Source: a virus (taxonomy: Duplodnaviria > Caudoviricetes). From it: a DNA stretch of 36,371 bases. A program made the translations under genes and the position numbers. The notes beneath the pieces are model-generated. The model was not told the DNA's origin and did not search any database. It saw only the letters and a program-made list of their open reading frames with translations. Below, piece by piece: positions 1-8,928 of this stretch (position 1 is the stretch's first letter; every line of letters begins with the position of its first letter). The stretch spans positions 1 through 36,371 of the IMG/VR virus record IMGVR_UViG_3300042922_000516; one strand, given 5' to 3'.

Positions 1-127
1 TGAATAGAGTCGCTCTAGTGGGTCGCTTAACAAAGGACCCAGAAGTAAGATACACACAGAGCCAAACGGCTGTAGCAAAATTCACAATAGCTGTAAATAG
101 GATGAAGAAAGTAGAAGGTCAGCCTGA
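1..127 (+). repeat. 127-bp terminal overlap (copy 1), assembly circularity signature
   Basis: Identical to 36245-36371 and falls inside the ssb ORF. Confidence 0.95.
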
Positions 128-386
128 TGCCGATTTTATTCCAATAGTTGTATGGGGTAAGCAAGCAGAGAATGCAGGTAAATACATAGGCAAAGGAAGA
201 TTGGTTGCCATATCAGGAAGAATACAAACAAGAAATTGGGATGATCAAGAAGGTAAGAAACATTTTGCTACAGAGGTTGTTGCTGATGAAGTGCATTATT
301 TAGATAAGGCAAAAGAGGGACAAGTTCAGCATCAAGAACAGTCAGACTTCCACCCTGTAGAGGAAGAAGATGACCTTCCATTTTAA
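1..386 (+). CDS. ssb: Single-stranded DNA-binding protein; true start ATG at 36244 across the circular junction ([15 protein letters not shown])
   Basis: GRLTKDPE...ADFIPIVVWGKQAE...GRIQTR OB-fold motifs; acidic DDLPF C-terminus. Confidence 0.95.
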   Translation, partial: NRVALVGRLTKDPEVRYTQSQTAVAKFTIAVNRMKKVEGQPDADFIPIVVWGKQAENAGKYIGKGRLVAISGRIQTRNWDDQEGKKHFATEVVADEVHYLDKAKEGQVQHQEQSDFHPVEEEDDLPF

Positions 387-389
387 GCA

Positions 390-575
390 ATGGGAAAAAT
401 GTATGTTGATATGTATGACCTTAAGCAGAGATGCTGCACCTGCGAACATGAAATACCAACGGAACAAGAAGATATTATAAGATGTGAAGTCAGTAAAACA
501 CATTGGAGCAATAAGAATGTCTGCAGTCAGTGGAAAGAAAAAAATAAAGATATGAAGGAGAATAGCAATGGATAA
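390..575 (+). CDS. Small Cys-rich hypothetical protein
   Basis: ORF packed between ssb and the next gene; CCTC...C...C pattern. Confidence 0.65.
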   Translation: MGKMYVDMYDLKQRCCTCEHEIPTEQEDIIRCEVSKTHWSNKNVCSQWKEKNKDMKENSNG

Positions 576-921
576 AAACAAACTTTACTATTTAAGTCAT
601 CCTTACACAACCTTTGGTGACCCAAAGAAGAACATAATTAGTGCAAGAGTTATTGAATTTGCTTTATTTACTCATCACGACCTTAAGGTAGTTAATCCGA
701 TAATACTGCCTTTAGGAACTACAAATGATGAAGCAATGGATAAATGTAGGCACTTATATAACGCTTGTGATGCGATTATTCTCTGTGAAGGCTGGGAGTT
801 ATCAAAAGGTTGTATGGAAGAGTATAAGTGGGCTTTAGAGGATGGAAAGCCAATTTACCTAGCTAAGAAAGGCGAAGGCAATAAGTATCATTACATATTA
901 ATAAAATATGAAGCAGCATAA
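568..921 (+). CDS. DUF4406/DUF1937-like protein (nucleoside deoxyribosyltransferase-like fold)
   Basis: YLSHPYT...NP...C..L...CDAIILCEGWELSKGCMEEY..A motif pattern. Confidence 0.75.
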   Translation: MDKNKLYYLSHPYTTFGDPKKNIISARVIEFALFTHHDLKVVNPIILPLGTTNDEAMDKCRHLYNACDAIILCEGWELSKGCMEEYKWALEDGKPIYLAKKGEGNKYHYILIKYEAA

Positions 922-941
922 CAGTAAGGAGGTAATCAATA

Positions 942-1481
942 TTGAAGTATGTAGAACCGATTAGAGACAAAGTATTATTATCTCAGATATTAGAATGGCT
1001 TAAAAAGAAAAATATTAGAGATTACCTTATGTTCTTAATAGGAATAAATACAGGGCTCAGAGTATCAGATATCCTTAAGCTAAGGTATAAAGACCTAAAC
1101 AAAGATATCATCTATATAACTGAAAAGAAAACTAATAAGCTTAAGGAAATTCCAGTAAACAGCGTATTAAGAGATGAAATACGGAAAATGAATCCTGAGT
1201 ACAAAGAACAGTACATCTTCAAATCAAGACAAGGGAATGAGCCCATCACAATTCAAAGAGCATGGCAAATAATGAAAGAGGTTGAAAAAGAATTTAAGCT
1301 TAAGAATCTAGGTACTCATACAATGCGCAAGACTTTTGGATATCACTTTTATCAGAAGAAAAAAGATGTAGTTACTTTGATGGAAATATTTCAGCATGCA
1401 TCAGATAAAATTACTTTAAGATACATTGGTGTAAACAGAAATATGGTCAATGAAGCATATAAAGATTTCAATTTAAAGTAA
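942..1481 (+). CDS. Short (catalytic-domain-only) tyrosine recombinase
   Basis: VEPIRD N-terminus; TGLRVSD (R), EKKT (K), HTMRKTF (HxxR), FQH, TLRY (Y); RBS AGGAGG. Confidence 0.9.
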   Translation: MKYVEPIRDKVLLSQILEWLKKKNIRDYLMFLIGINTGLRVSDILKLRYKDLNKDIIYITEKKTNKLKEIPVNSVLRDEIRKMNPEYKEQYIFKSRQGNEPITIQRAWQIMKEVEKEFKLKNLGTHTMRKTFGYHFYQKKKDVVTLMEIFQHASDKITLRYIGVNRNMVNEAYKDFNLK

Positions 1482-1569
1482 CAGTTAGATTCAAATTATG
1501 CACATAAAACTCATGTTTATAGATATATGTTTAAGCTTATGAAAAATATAGGGCTTAGGTGTGGAACAT

Positions 1570-1603
1570 CAGTTTTATACAATATTAAGATATATAAAAC
1601 TCA
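1570..1603. other. Palindromic candidate recombination site downstream of the short tyrosine recombinase
   Basis: AGTTTTATA(1571-79)-N13-TATAAAACT(1593-1601); degenerate direct copy at 1482-1513. Confidence 0.45.
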
Positions 1604-1642
1604 AAGGGTAATAAATGAATTAAATGCAAAGGAGTGAAATTA

Positions 1643-1909
1643 ATGTGTGATTGCATAAAACAGATAGAAGAAAAGGTTGCGGAATCATTTAAAAAGACCA
1701 TACAGAGTAATGAGGAATATGGATATACAGAAATGTATCCTCTAGGAATTATGTTTAAGAAAGATGGCAAAACGAACACAGAAACAGTATCTCATGTAAA
1801 GGTTGCTTATATCTTGAATACAAAATTAGGGAAACGACAAACAAAGGAAAAACAATATAATATGGCTCACAAGTTTTGTCCGTTTTGTGGTGAAAAGTAT
1901 TCAGAGTAA
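1643..1909 (+). CDS. Hypothetical Cys-motif protein (CDC...CPFCG)
   Basis: AGGAG RBS before ATG 1643 (track start 1634); flanked by cassette-like sites. Confidence 0.75.
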   Translation: MCDCIKQIEEKVAESFKKTIQSNEEYGYTEMYPLGIMFKKDGKTNTETVSHVKVAYILNTKLGKRQTKEKQYNMAHKFCPFCGEKYSE

Positions 1910-1910
1910 G

Positions 1911-1932
1911 ACTCATCACAAGAAGATTGTGT
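1911..1932 (+). other. Candidate cassette recombination site ACTCA-TCACAAGAAGAT-TGTGT
   Basis: Same arm/spacer geometry and similar spacer as 29470-29491; starts 2 bp after a stop codon. Confidence 0.5.
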
Positions 1933-1960
1933 GATAGACAACTTCAAAAGAGTAGTCCTA

Positions 1961-2155
1961 TCATCTAGAACTACTCTTTTGGATTTTACTTAGGTAATAC
2001 AATATTATTGCTTCACCTAAGTGGTCTGCAAGCCAGTCTAATAATGGCCCTGCATTTTTATGTACTGATGTCATGTCTATAATGAATATTCCATGTTGCA
2101 CTGCCATTAATAAAGCAACTGCAAGGCATGTACCTACGATGATTAAACGATTCAT
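1961..2155 (-). CDS. Small membrane protein (moron, opposite strand)
   Basis: MNRLIIVGTCLAVALLMAV hydrophobic N-terminus; G-rich RBS before ATG 2155. Confidence 0.55.
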   Translation of the reverse strand: MNRLIIVGTCLAVALLMAVQHGIFIIDMTSVHKNAGPLLDWLADHLGEAIILYYLSKIQKSSSR

Positions 2156-2323
2156 GTTTCTACCCCCTAATTTTGATGTGATCAACGTATGTATTAAGCT
2201 TTAGTATTTGGGGTATCAATCATCTTTTGTATTTAAACGTTTCTTCTTTTGTAGGTACATTTAGATTGTTAACAATATTTTTAGAAATATTCAATTGAAA
2301 ACAAATAAGCGAGGTGAAGGCTA

Positions 2324-2617
2324 TTGAAATGCTCATACTGTGAAGGAGAAGAAATGGAGCATATTAAAAAGCAAGATTACTATGTATGTCCTAAGTGTCT
2401 AGGGGAGTTCTGGCCTGGTGAATTGAAGAAGCAAAAAGAACTGTATGCAGATGAGAGACAATATAACTTAAACTGTTTAGCAGCGCAGGCAACAGCTATA
2501 AATTCAAAGCCAGTAAATCTTGGAGGTAAGCCAGTATTCAAAGGTGGATCAAAGAACGGAAAGAGCCGGAAGAAGAAGCCAAAGAAAGATACATTCGGTT
2601 TTAATCCATTTCAGTAA
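2324..2617 (+). CDS. Zinc-ribbon protein with basic C-terminus, possible late regulator
   Basis: CSYC...CPKC; RBS GAGGTG; last early gene before the packaging region. Confidence 0.7.
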   Translation: MKCSYCEGEEMEHIKKQDYYVCPKCLGEFWPGELKKQKELYADERQYNLNCLAAQATAINSKPVNLGGKPVFKGGSKNGKSRKKKPKKDTFGFNPFQ

Positions 2618-2696
2618 AATAATACTTGTAATTGGACAAGTCTTATATTATGATTATTTTATAGAGGTATGTCCAAGAACCAATTAAATATAAATA

Positions 2697-2725
2697 TAAC
2701 GCCCGAATTGCTCGGGCGTTTTTTA
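2697..2725 (+). terminator. Intrinsic terminator
   Basis: AACGCCCGA-ATTGC-TCGGGCGTT followed by a T-run. Confidence 0.75.
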
Positions 2726-2743
2726 TTGCAGTTTTTTACTTTG

Positions 2744-2772
2744 AAGCCGTTTGGGAAACCAAGCGGTTTTTC
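2744..2772 (+). terminator. Second hairpin/terminator
   Basis: AAGCCGTTTGG-GAAA-CCAAGCGGTT followed by a T-run. Confidence 0.6.
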
Positions 2773-2804
2773 AATGCAATAAAATAATCTTAGAAGGTGA
2801 TGGG

Positions 2805-2903
2805 GTGGAAGAATCATGTAAGCATAAGTGTTACAAATGTGTATGGGGTACATGGCATGGGTATAAGTACACTTGTCTATTCGCTGTGTGCATAAAGAAA
2901 TGA
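2805..2903 (+). CDS. 32-aa Cys-rich peptide (MEESCKHKCYKCVWGTWHGYKYTCLFAVCIKK), not in ORF track
   Basis: AAGGTGA RBS, GTG start, CxxC/C...C pattern. Confidence 0.45.
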   Translation: MEESCKHKCYKCVWGTWHGYKYTCLFAVCIKK

Positions 2904-2951
2904 TAGCAAGGGAGCTCAGCATTACCTCCGTGCTGGGCTCCAAAATATTAA

Positions 2952-2978
2952 GCAGGAATCTTCCTTTGATTGTGGAAT
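2952..2978 (+). promoter_or_regulatory. Putative SigH-type promoter
   Basis: GCAGGAATC-N11-GTGGAAT matches the RNAGGAWWW-N11/12-RNNGAAT consensus. Confidence 0.55.
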
Positions 2979-3005
2979 ATGGAAATTGAAGGGAGGTGAT
3001 TGGTG

Positions 3006-3203
3006 ATGGCAGATGAAATAAAAGTTAGCCCTACACCTATACAGAGGAATCCAATGGATGCAGCAACATAACTAACTCAGCTGTTTTACTCGCGTAAAGG
3101 GTTTGATACAGCAGAAGAAGTACAGGAAACTTTTTTAAAATTCTACGCTGTAGCTTATAATGCATTAAGGGGCAAATTAGAATTAGATAAGTATTTACCA
3201 TAA
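3006..3203 (+). pseudogene. 65-codon moron gene with premature TAA at 3069-3071
   Basis: Strong RBS GGGAGGTG; MADEIKVSPTPIQRNPMDAAT*LTQLFY...KYLP*; own promoter and terminator. Confidence 0.65.
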
Positions 3204-3217
3204 CATTTAATTGAGAT

Positions 3218-3243
3218 GAGAGCCAATAGGCTCTTTTTCTTTT
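3218..3243 (+). terminator. Intrinsic terminator of the moron
   Basis: AGAGCC-AATA-GGCTCT followed by a T-run. Confidence 0.6.
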
Positions 3244-3256
3244 GGAGTAGATATTA

Positions 3257-3610
3257 ATGGAGTTAAGTAATCAATCAATAGTTGGGCAATGGATTAGGAA
3301 ATTACTAGAAGCAAACAACATACATACCTTCTATACATCAAGTGAATGGTTGAAGCTTAGAGCTGATGTGCTGGATGAATACAAACATGAATGTCAGCAT
3401 TGCAAAGCTAAGGGGTTTTACACTAAGGCTAACACAGTGCATCATGTACAGTATGTTAAGAAGCATCCTGAGTTGGCACTGAGTAAAGTTTATATATATA
3501 GAGGCAAAGAGTATAGACAGTTGATTCCTTTATGTCATAACTGCCATGAGATAACACATGGCTATAGAGTAGCAAAGAAAGAAAACCCTTTGACTGAGGA
3601 GAGATGGTAG
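3257..3610 (+). CDS. HNH endonuclease, terminase-associated (cos-phage type)
   Basis: FY.S.EW..LR..VL...CQHC...VHH...LCHNCHE..H; directly upstream of terS. Confidence 0.9.
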   Translation: MELSNQSIVGQWIRKLLEANNIHTFYTSSEWLKLRADVLDEYKHECQHCKAKGFYTKANTVHHVQYVKKHPELALSKVYIYRGKEYRQLIPLCHNCHEITHGYRVAKKENPLTEERW

Positions 3611-3719
3611 AGATACCCCCGGTCAAATAAAAATGCATTTTAATGCGATATAGCTTGACTCGTATGGGTTTAAGACAAAAGAAATTTTCAAGGATATCAC
3701 ATGACAGGGGGGTGGTGGT
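3611..3719. other. Probable cos/packaging region (exact cut not determined)
   Basis: Non-coding gap beginning TACCCCCGGTC between HNH and terS, the usual cos location in HK97-like Bacillota phages. Confidence 0.45.
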
Positions 3720-4070
3720 ATGGCAGCAAATGCAAAAACCAGAAAATACTTGAAATCTAATTTGTATGCCGAGTTAAAAAAAGATTTATTAGATCAGCTC
3801 GACAGAAATGGAACCATAGGTAAATATTATATTGACCTTGTTGGTGACTACATGGATATGTGGGTTACAAAAAGTTTACTTGTTGATGATATTCAGCAGC
3901 GGGGAGTGCTGGTTAAATATGATAATGGCGGCGGTCAAAAGGGTAAAAAGAAGAATGATTCCGTTGAACAAATGATAAAAGTAAATGGGCAAATGCTAAA
4001 GCTATTATCTGAGCTGGGAATAAAACCGTCTCAATCGGATGGTGATGGAAATGAAGACGAGGAAATGTAG
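3720..4070 (+). CDS. terS: Terminase small subunit (P27-like)
   Basis: Position; DLVGDYM...DIQQRG...NGGGQ.G.KKNDSV...NGQMLKLL.ELG. Confidence 0.85.
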   Translation: MAANAKTRKYLKSNLYAELKKDLLDQLDRNGTIGKYYIDLVGDYMDMWVTKSLLVDDIQQRGVLVKYDNGGGQKGKKKNDSVEQMIKVNGQMLKLLSELGIKPSQSDGDGNEDEEM

Positions 4071-5724
4071 TTATCATCCATATATCGATTCTTACATGGA
4101 TGGGTGCCGAGATGGGAGCATTGTAGTTGGTAAAGATATTCTTGATGCTTTGGATTATATAGAATTAAAGTTAGATGATCCAGATGTATTCATTGACCAT
4201 GGAAAAATTGATAAAGCTGTTGAACTAATGGAACGGTACTTTGAAATAAAACTTTTTGACTGGGAGTTATTTGTAACAGCACTAATACATTGTTTCTATA
4301 AATCAGGTGATACATTAGTATTTAGTACAATTTTTATTATGATGGGCAGAGGTAATGGAAAGAATGGTTTTATATCTCCAATATCCTGGTATCTTACTAC
4401 TCACTATCATGGAATTACTGGATACAATGTTGATATTGTTGCAAATGCAGAAGACCAAGCAAAGACATCATTTGATGATATATTTGAAATGCTCGAAAGG
4501 ACATGGAAAAAGTCAAAGAAGTTTTTCTATAAATCAAAAGAACTTATCAAAAATTTAATAACTAAATCTTATATAAAATTTAATACATCGAATGCAAAAA
4601 CAAAAGATAGCAAAAGAACCGGATGTCTTATATTTGATGAGGTCCATGGTTATGAAAACTATGATAGCATAAAAGTATTTACATCTAGCTTTGGAAAGCG
4701 CAAGCATTCCAGAGCTTTTTATATTACAACAAATGGGAATATTCGCGAAGGTGTTCTAGATGACATGCTTGCAATCACTAAAGATATTTTGAATGGCACA
4801 ATAAAAGACCTTAGGTGGCTGCCATTGATATATCGTATAAACAAAGAGGAAGATGCTCTTGTTCCTGTAATGTGGCACATGGCAAACCCGTCCTTAAAAT
4901 ATCTTCCTGAACTTATGCAAGAGATGGAACAGGAGTTTATAGAAATGAAGTACAAGCCTGCCATCGAAGAAGAATTTTATACAAAACGGATGAACTGGCC
5001 AAAGGGAAATAAGGAGTTACAAGTTACAGATTGGGATAACATTCTCGCAACAAATAAAAAAATTCCTGACCTATGTGGCAGATCTGCTGTTGTTGGAACA
5101 GACTATGCTAAAATTACTGACTTTGCATCTACCGTTATTCATTTTAGAGAGGGAGACATACGATATGACATTGCACACTCATGGTTATGCTTGAAATCAG
5201 CAGACTTATCTAGATTAAAGGTACCCTGGAGGCAATGGGCAGATGAGGGACTCTTAACACTTGTTGATGACGTGGAAATTAGTCCGGACTTAATAGCTGA
5301 TTGGATAGCGGAGCAGGCTGCAAAGTATAATCTTGTAAAGCTGGCTTTGGACAATTATCGTTATGCATTACTTGCAAACTCATTAAAAAAGGTTGGCTTT
5401 GATGCAAAGGATTATAAAAACGTAAAGTTAGTTAGACCATCTGACATTATGACTGTTGTGCCAATAATAGACAGCTGCTTTGTTAATCAATACTTTGTAT
5501 GGGGAGATAATCCATTGTTAAGGTGGGCTACTAATAATACTAAGTTAATTAGATCAGGTAAAAAGCAAGGAACTGATACAGGTAATTACTACTATGGAAA
5601 GATTGAAGCCAAGAGTAGAAAGACTGACCCTTTTATGGCGGTAGTAGCTGCTATGACAATAGAGGGTGAGCTAGGTGATGGTTGTAGTGGTGAAACACCT
5701 GACATTGATGTCCACACATATTAG
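4039..5724 (+). CDS. terL: Terminase large subunit
   Basis: MGRGNGKN Walker A, LIFDEVH Walker B, ITTNG, W..ANPSL, K.D...A C-terminal nuclease motif. Confidence 0.95.
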   Translation: MVMEMKTRKCSYHPYIDSYMDGCRDGSIVVGKDILDALDYIELKLDDPDVFIDHGKIDKAVELMERYFEIKLFDWELFVTALIHCFYKSGDTLVFSTIFIMMGRGNGKNGFISPISWYLTTHYHGITGYNVDIVANAEDQAKTSFDDIFEMLERTWKKSKKFFYKSKELIKNLITKSYIKFNTSNAKTKDSKRTGCLIFDEVHGYENYDSIKVFTSSFGKRKHSRAFYITTNGNIREGVLDDMLAITKDILNGTIKDLRWLPLIYRINKEEDALVPVMWHMANPSLKYLPELMQEMEQEFIEMKYKPAIEEEFYTKRMNWPKGNKELQVTDWDNILATNKKIPDLCGRSAVVGTDYAKITDFASTVIHFREGDIRYDIAHSWLCLKSADLSRLKVPWRQWADEGLLTLVDDVEISPDLIADWIAEQAAKYNLVKLALDNYRYALLANSLKKVGFDAKDYKNVKLVRPSDIMTVVPIIDSCFVNQYFVWGDNPLLRWATNNTKLIRSGKKQGTDTGNYYYGKIEAKSRKTDPFMAVVAAMTIEGELGDGCSGETPDIDVHTY

Positions 5725-5739
5725 AAGGGAGGTGAGACA

Positions 5740-6921
5740 TTGGGATTATTAACATGGATTAGGGAACGACTCAGTAATGGTGAAATGACAATAACAGCTT
5801 CAGATGCAAACGAGTTTTTCAGCCTTGCATCAGAAACATATATCAGAGAACTAGCCTTTCAATCGGCGGTCAACCTCATAGCAAATTCAATCAGTAAGTG
5901 TGAGTTTAAAACCTACTTGAAAGGAAAGGAGGTGAAGGATAAAGAGTACTATCTATTCAATGTAGAGCCTAACAAAAATCAAAACTCAAGTGTTTTTATA
6001 CATAAGTGGATTTCAAAACTCTACGAAGATAACGAATGCTTGATAATTGAAAATGGTGGTCAACTACTTGTTGCAGATAGTTTTATCATAGAAGAATTTG
6101 CACTATTTGATTACAAATTCACACAGGTTACAGTAAATAACTTCACTTTTAACAAAACATTTTACATGAGTGAAGTGCTGTACTTCAAGTTAAACAATGC
6201 TGATATGCGGAAAGTAGTCAACTGCTTGCATGAAAGCTACAGTAAGTTAATGATTTATGCAATGAAAAGCTATCAAAAGTCGAGGGGCAATCGTGGCATA
6301 TTGAACATATCAGGCTTGGCATCAGGTAAACCAGATTTTAAGGAAACGGTCGAAAAGCTTTTAAATGAACGCTTTAAGACCTTTTTTAATGCTGATAATG
6401 CTGTACTGCCACTATTTGAAGGTTACAAATATGAGGACACAGGCTCTAAGACTTATAGCAATGAAGGCACAAGAGATATAAAAGCTATGGCAGATGATAT
6501 ATTCGACTTTACAGCAAGGGCATTGAACATACCGCCTGCATTGTTGAGAGGTGATATATCTGACACTGAAAAGGCTGTAAACAACTTCCTTACATTCTGT
6601 ATTGACCCCTTAACAGATATGTTACAAGAAGAAATAAACCGCAAACGATCAGGCTATGAAGGATTTAGACAAAAGACATTTATCAAGATAAACACTAAAG
6701 CAATTAAGCACGTGGACTTATTAAGTGTAGCAACTGCAATTGATAAGCTTATTTCTTCGGGAGCATTCAACATCAATGATATAAGGCTGCTCGTTGGAGA
6801 AGAACCAATAGATGAAGAATATGCAAACCAACATTTTATGACCAAGAACTATTCTACTGTTGCTGACATAATGTTAGCACTTGAAGGAGGTGGAAATATT
6901 GAAACCAATGTGGGAACTTAA
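5740..6921 (+). CDS. Portal protein (HK97 family)
   Basis: NLIANSISK, LFNVEPN..Q, IPPALL, INDIR motifs; position after terL. Confidence 0.92.
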   Translation: MGLLTWIRERLSNGEMTITASDANEFFSLASETYIRELAFQSAVNLIANSISKCEFKTYLKGKEVKDKEYYLFNVEPNKNQNSSVFIHKWISKLYEDNECLIIENGGQLLVADSFIIEEFALFDYKFTQVTVNNFTFNKTFYMSEVLYFKLNNADMRKVVNCLHESYSKLMIYAMKSYQKSRGNRGILNISGLASGKPDFKETVEKLLNERFKTFFNADNAVLPLFEGYKYEDTGSKTYSNEGTRDIKAMADDIFDFTARALNIPPALLRGDISDTEKAVNNFLTFCIDPLTDMLQEEINRKRSGYEGFRQKTFIKINTKAIKHVDLLSVATAIDKLISSGAFNINDIRLLVGEEPIDEEYANQHFMTKNYSTVADIMLALEGGGNIETNVGT

Positions 6922-7675
6922 ACAAGCAGCAAACGGCAATGACATTGAAATGTACATTTACGGCGATGTCGAAGGTGATTATTTTGATTGGTGGGAATGG
7001 GAAATGAAAGAGAGCGAAACCTCAGCAAACCATTTCAGAAGCGAACTTGCTAAATTTCCAAATGCACAAAACATTAATATCTTTATCAATAGTTATGGTG
7101 GAAGTGTATTTGAAGGTACTGCAATTTATAGCCAACTTAAAAGGCACCCAGCACAAAAGACAGTGTACATTGATGGCTTTGCTTGTTCTATAGCTTCAGT
7201 TATTGCTATGGCAGCAGATAAAATTATAATGCCTAAAAATGCAATGATGATGATTCACAATATGTGGAATGTAGTTGCAGGCAATTCAACGCAACTGAGA
7301 AAGGCCGCTGATGATCTCGACACAATAATGTCAGGCAACCGTCAAGCTTACATGGTTAAGTCAAACGGCAAGCTTACAGAAGAAAAGCTTATACAAATGC
7401 TTGATGCTGAAACGTGGCTAACAGCAGAACAATGTATCGAGTATGGTTTAGCTGATGAATATGCAGAGAAAGAAGCTGATTTAGCTAATGCTCAACAACT
7501 ACTGCAAAAGGCTAATTTGACAATGACACAGCAAATCCAATTTAACAAAAACTTTGCTGCAGCCTTGAAGGATATGACAACGCTACCAAAGCAAAATACT
7601 GACACAGTACCCGAACCACCAAAGGAACAAAAACTAAAACTATTTGCAGCATTCGCTGCTAAGAAAGAGGTGTAA
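6899..7675 (+). CDS. ClpP-type prohead protease
   Basis: INSYGGSVFEG, DGFACSIASVIAMA, MMIHN, ETWLTAE; GGAGGTG RBS before TTG 6899. Confidence 0.93.
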   Translation: MKPMWELKQAANGNDIEMYIYGDVEGDYFDWWEWEMKESETSANHFRSELAKFPNAQNINIFINSYGGSVFEGTAIYSQLKRHPAQKTVYIDGFACSIASVIAMAADKIIMPKNAMMMIHNMWNVVAGNSTQLRKAADDLDTIMSGNRQAYMVKSNGKLTEEKLIQMLDAETWLTAEQCIEYGLADEYAEKEADLANAQQLLQKANLTMTQQIQFNKNFAAALKDMTTLPKQNTDTVPEPPKEQKLKLFAAFAAKKEV

Positions 7676-7677
7676 AT

Positions 7678-8925
7678 ATGAAAAAAACATTTGAACCACT
7701 ATTCTCAATGGATCTACAACTATTCGCAATGAAAAATCTAGATGTATTACAAGCAAAGAAAGCTGAGATCATGCAAAAACTTAACGCAGCCATCAAAGAA
7801 GGCAATGAAGAAGCCTTCACTCAAGCCTTTACAGAATTTAGTGAAACAATACAAGAAGCTGTTATGGCAGAAGCAAAAGGGCTTGTTCAAGCTGCTGATA
7901 CAAATGTATTAGTTGGCAGAGGTGTTAGACAACTTACTTCAGAGGAAAATAAATATTACCAAGCAGTTATTGACGCAATGAAATCTACAAACCCAAAACA
8001 AGCACTAGCTGATGTACCTGTTGTAATGCCAATTACCACTATTGATGCAGTATTTGAGGATCTAACAGTTTCACACCCTCTGCTTGAAGTTATTGACTTT
8101 CAAAATACTAGCGGCTTGATCGAATTCATTGTTAATACAAATACTAAGCAGCTTGCAACTTGGGCTACATTGACAGCTGCAATCGTTACTGAATTGACAG
8201 GCGGTTTCAAGAAAATCAACATGACTTTGCATAAGCTATCTGCTTTCTTACCAGTTGCAAAGTCCATGCTTGATCTTGGCCCAGTGTGGATGGACAGATA
8301 TGTAAGAACAGTACTTGCTGAAGCATTAGCATTCGGATTGGAAGAATCAATAATCAATGGTACAGGCAAAGATATGCCAATAGGCATGAATCGCCAAGTC
8401 GGCACAGGTGTTGTCGTAACAGATGGTGTTTATCCATTAAAGGATACAGTAGCAGTTGTAAGCCTTGACCCTGTTACATATGGAACACTTATCGGCGGCA
8501 TGGCAGTAGATGCAAAAGGAAATGCAAGAGTGGTTAATGAGGTTATCTTAATTGTAAATCCAATTGACTACTTGACAAAGATTATGCCAGCAACAACAGT
8601 TAGAGGTGCTGATGGAAAATATGTAAATAATGTATTCCCATTCCCAACAAGACCAATCCAATCTCCACAAGTACCTGCAGGTAAAGCAATATTTGGACTT
8701 CCAAAGCGTTACTTCATGGGTATCGGCACAGCTAAGTCCGGTAAGATTGAATACTCTGATGAATACAAATTTTTAGAGGACGAAAGAACATACCTTGTTA
8801 AATTGTATGGGCATGGTGAGCCACTAGACAACAAGGCATTCGTTTATGCTGATATATCTGGTTTAGTTCCTGCAGTACAAGAAGTTAAGGTTGTAGGAAC
8901 TGTTAGCACGGAAGAAGTGGTGTAA
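7678..8925 (+). CDS. Major capsid protein (HK97 fold)
   Basis: Position and size; INGTGKDMPIG motif; N-terminal coiled delta domain with a DLQLFA motif. Confidence 0.92.
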   Translation: MKKTFEPLFSMDLQLFAMKNLDVLQAKKAEIMQKLNAAIKEGNEEAFTQAFTEFSETIQEAVMAEAKGLVQAADTNVLVGRGVRQLTSEENKYYQAVIDAMKSTNPKQALADVPVVMPITTIDAVFEDLTVSHPLLEVIDFQNTSGLIEFIVNTNTKQLATWATLTAAIVTELTGGFKKINMTLHKLSAFLPVAKSMLDLGPVWMDRYVRTVLAEALAFGLEESIINGTGKDMPIGMNRQVGTGVVVTDGVYPLKDTVAVVSLDPVTYGTLIGGMAVDAKGNARVVNEVILIVNPIDYLTKIMPATTVRGADGKYVNNVFPFPTRPIQSPQVPAGKAIFGLPKRYFMGIGTAKSGKIEYSDEYKFLEDERTYLVKLYGHGEPLDNKAFVYADISGLVPAVQEVKVVGTVSTEEVV

Positions 8926-8928
8926 TTT

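Noticed and set aside
2291-2312. Additional cassette site TCAAT-N12-AGCGA
   Set aside because: Left arm too degenerate to distinguish from chance.
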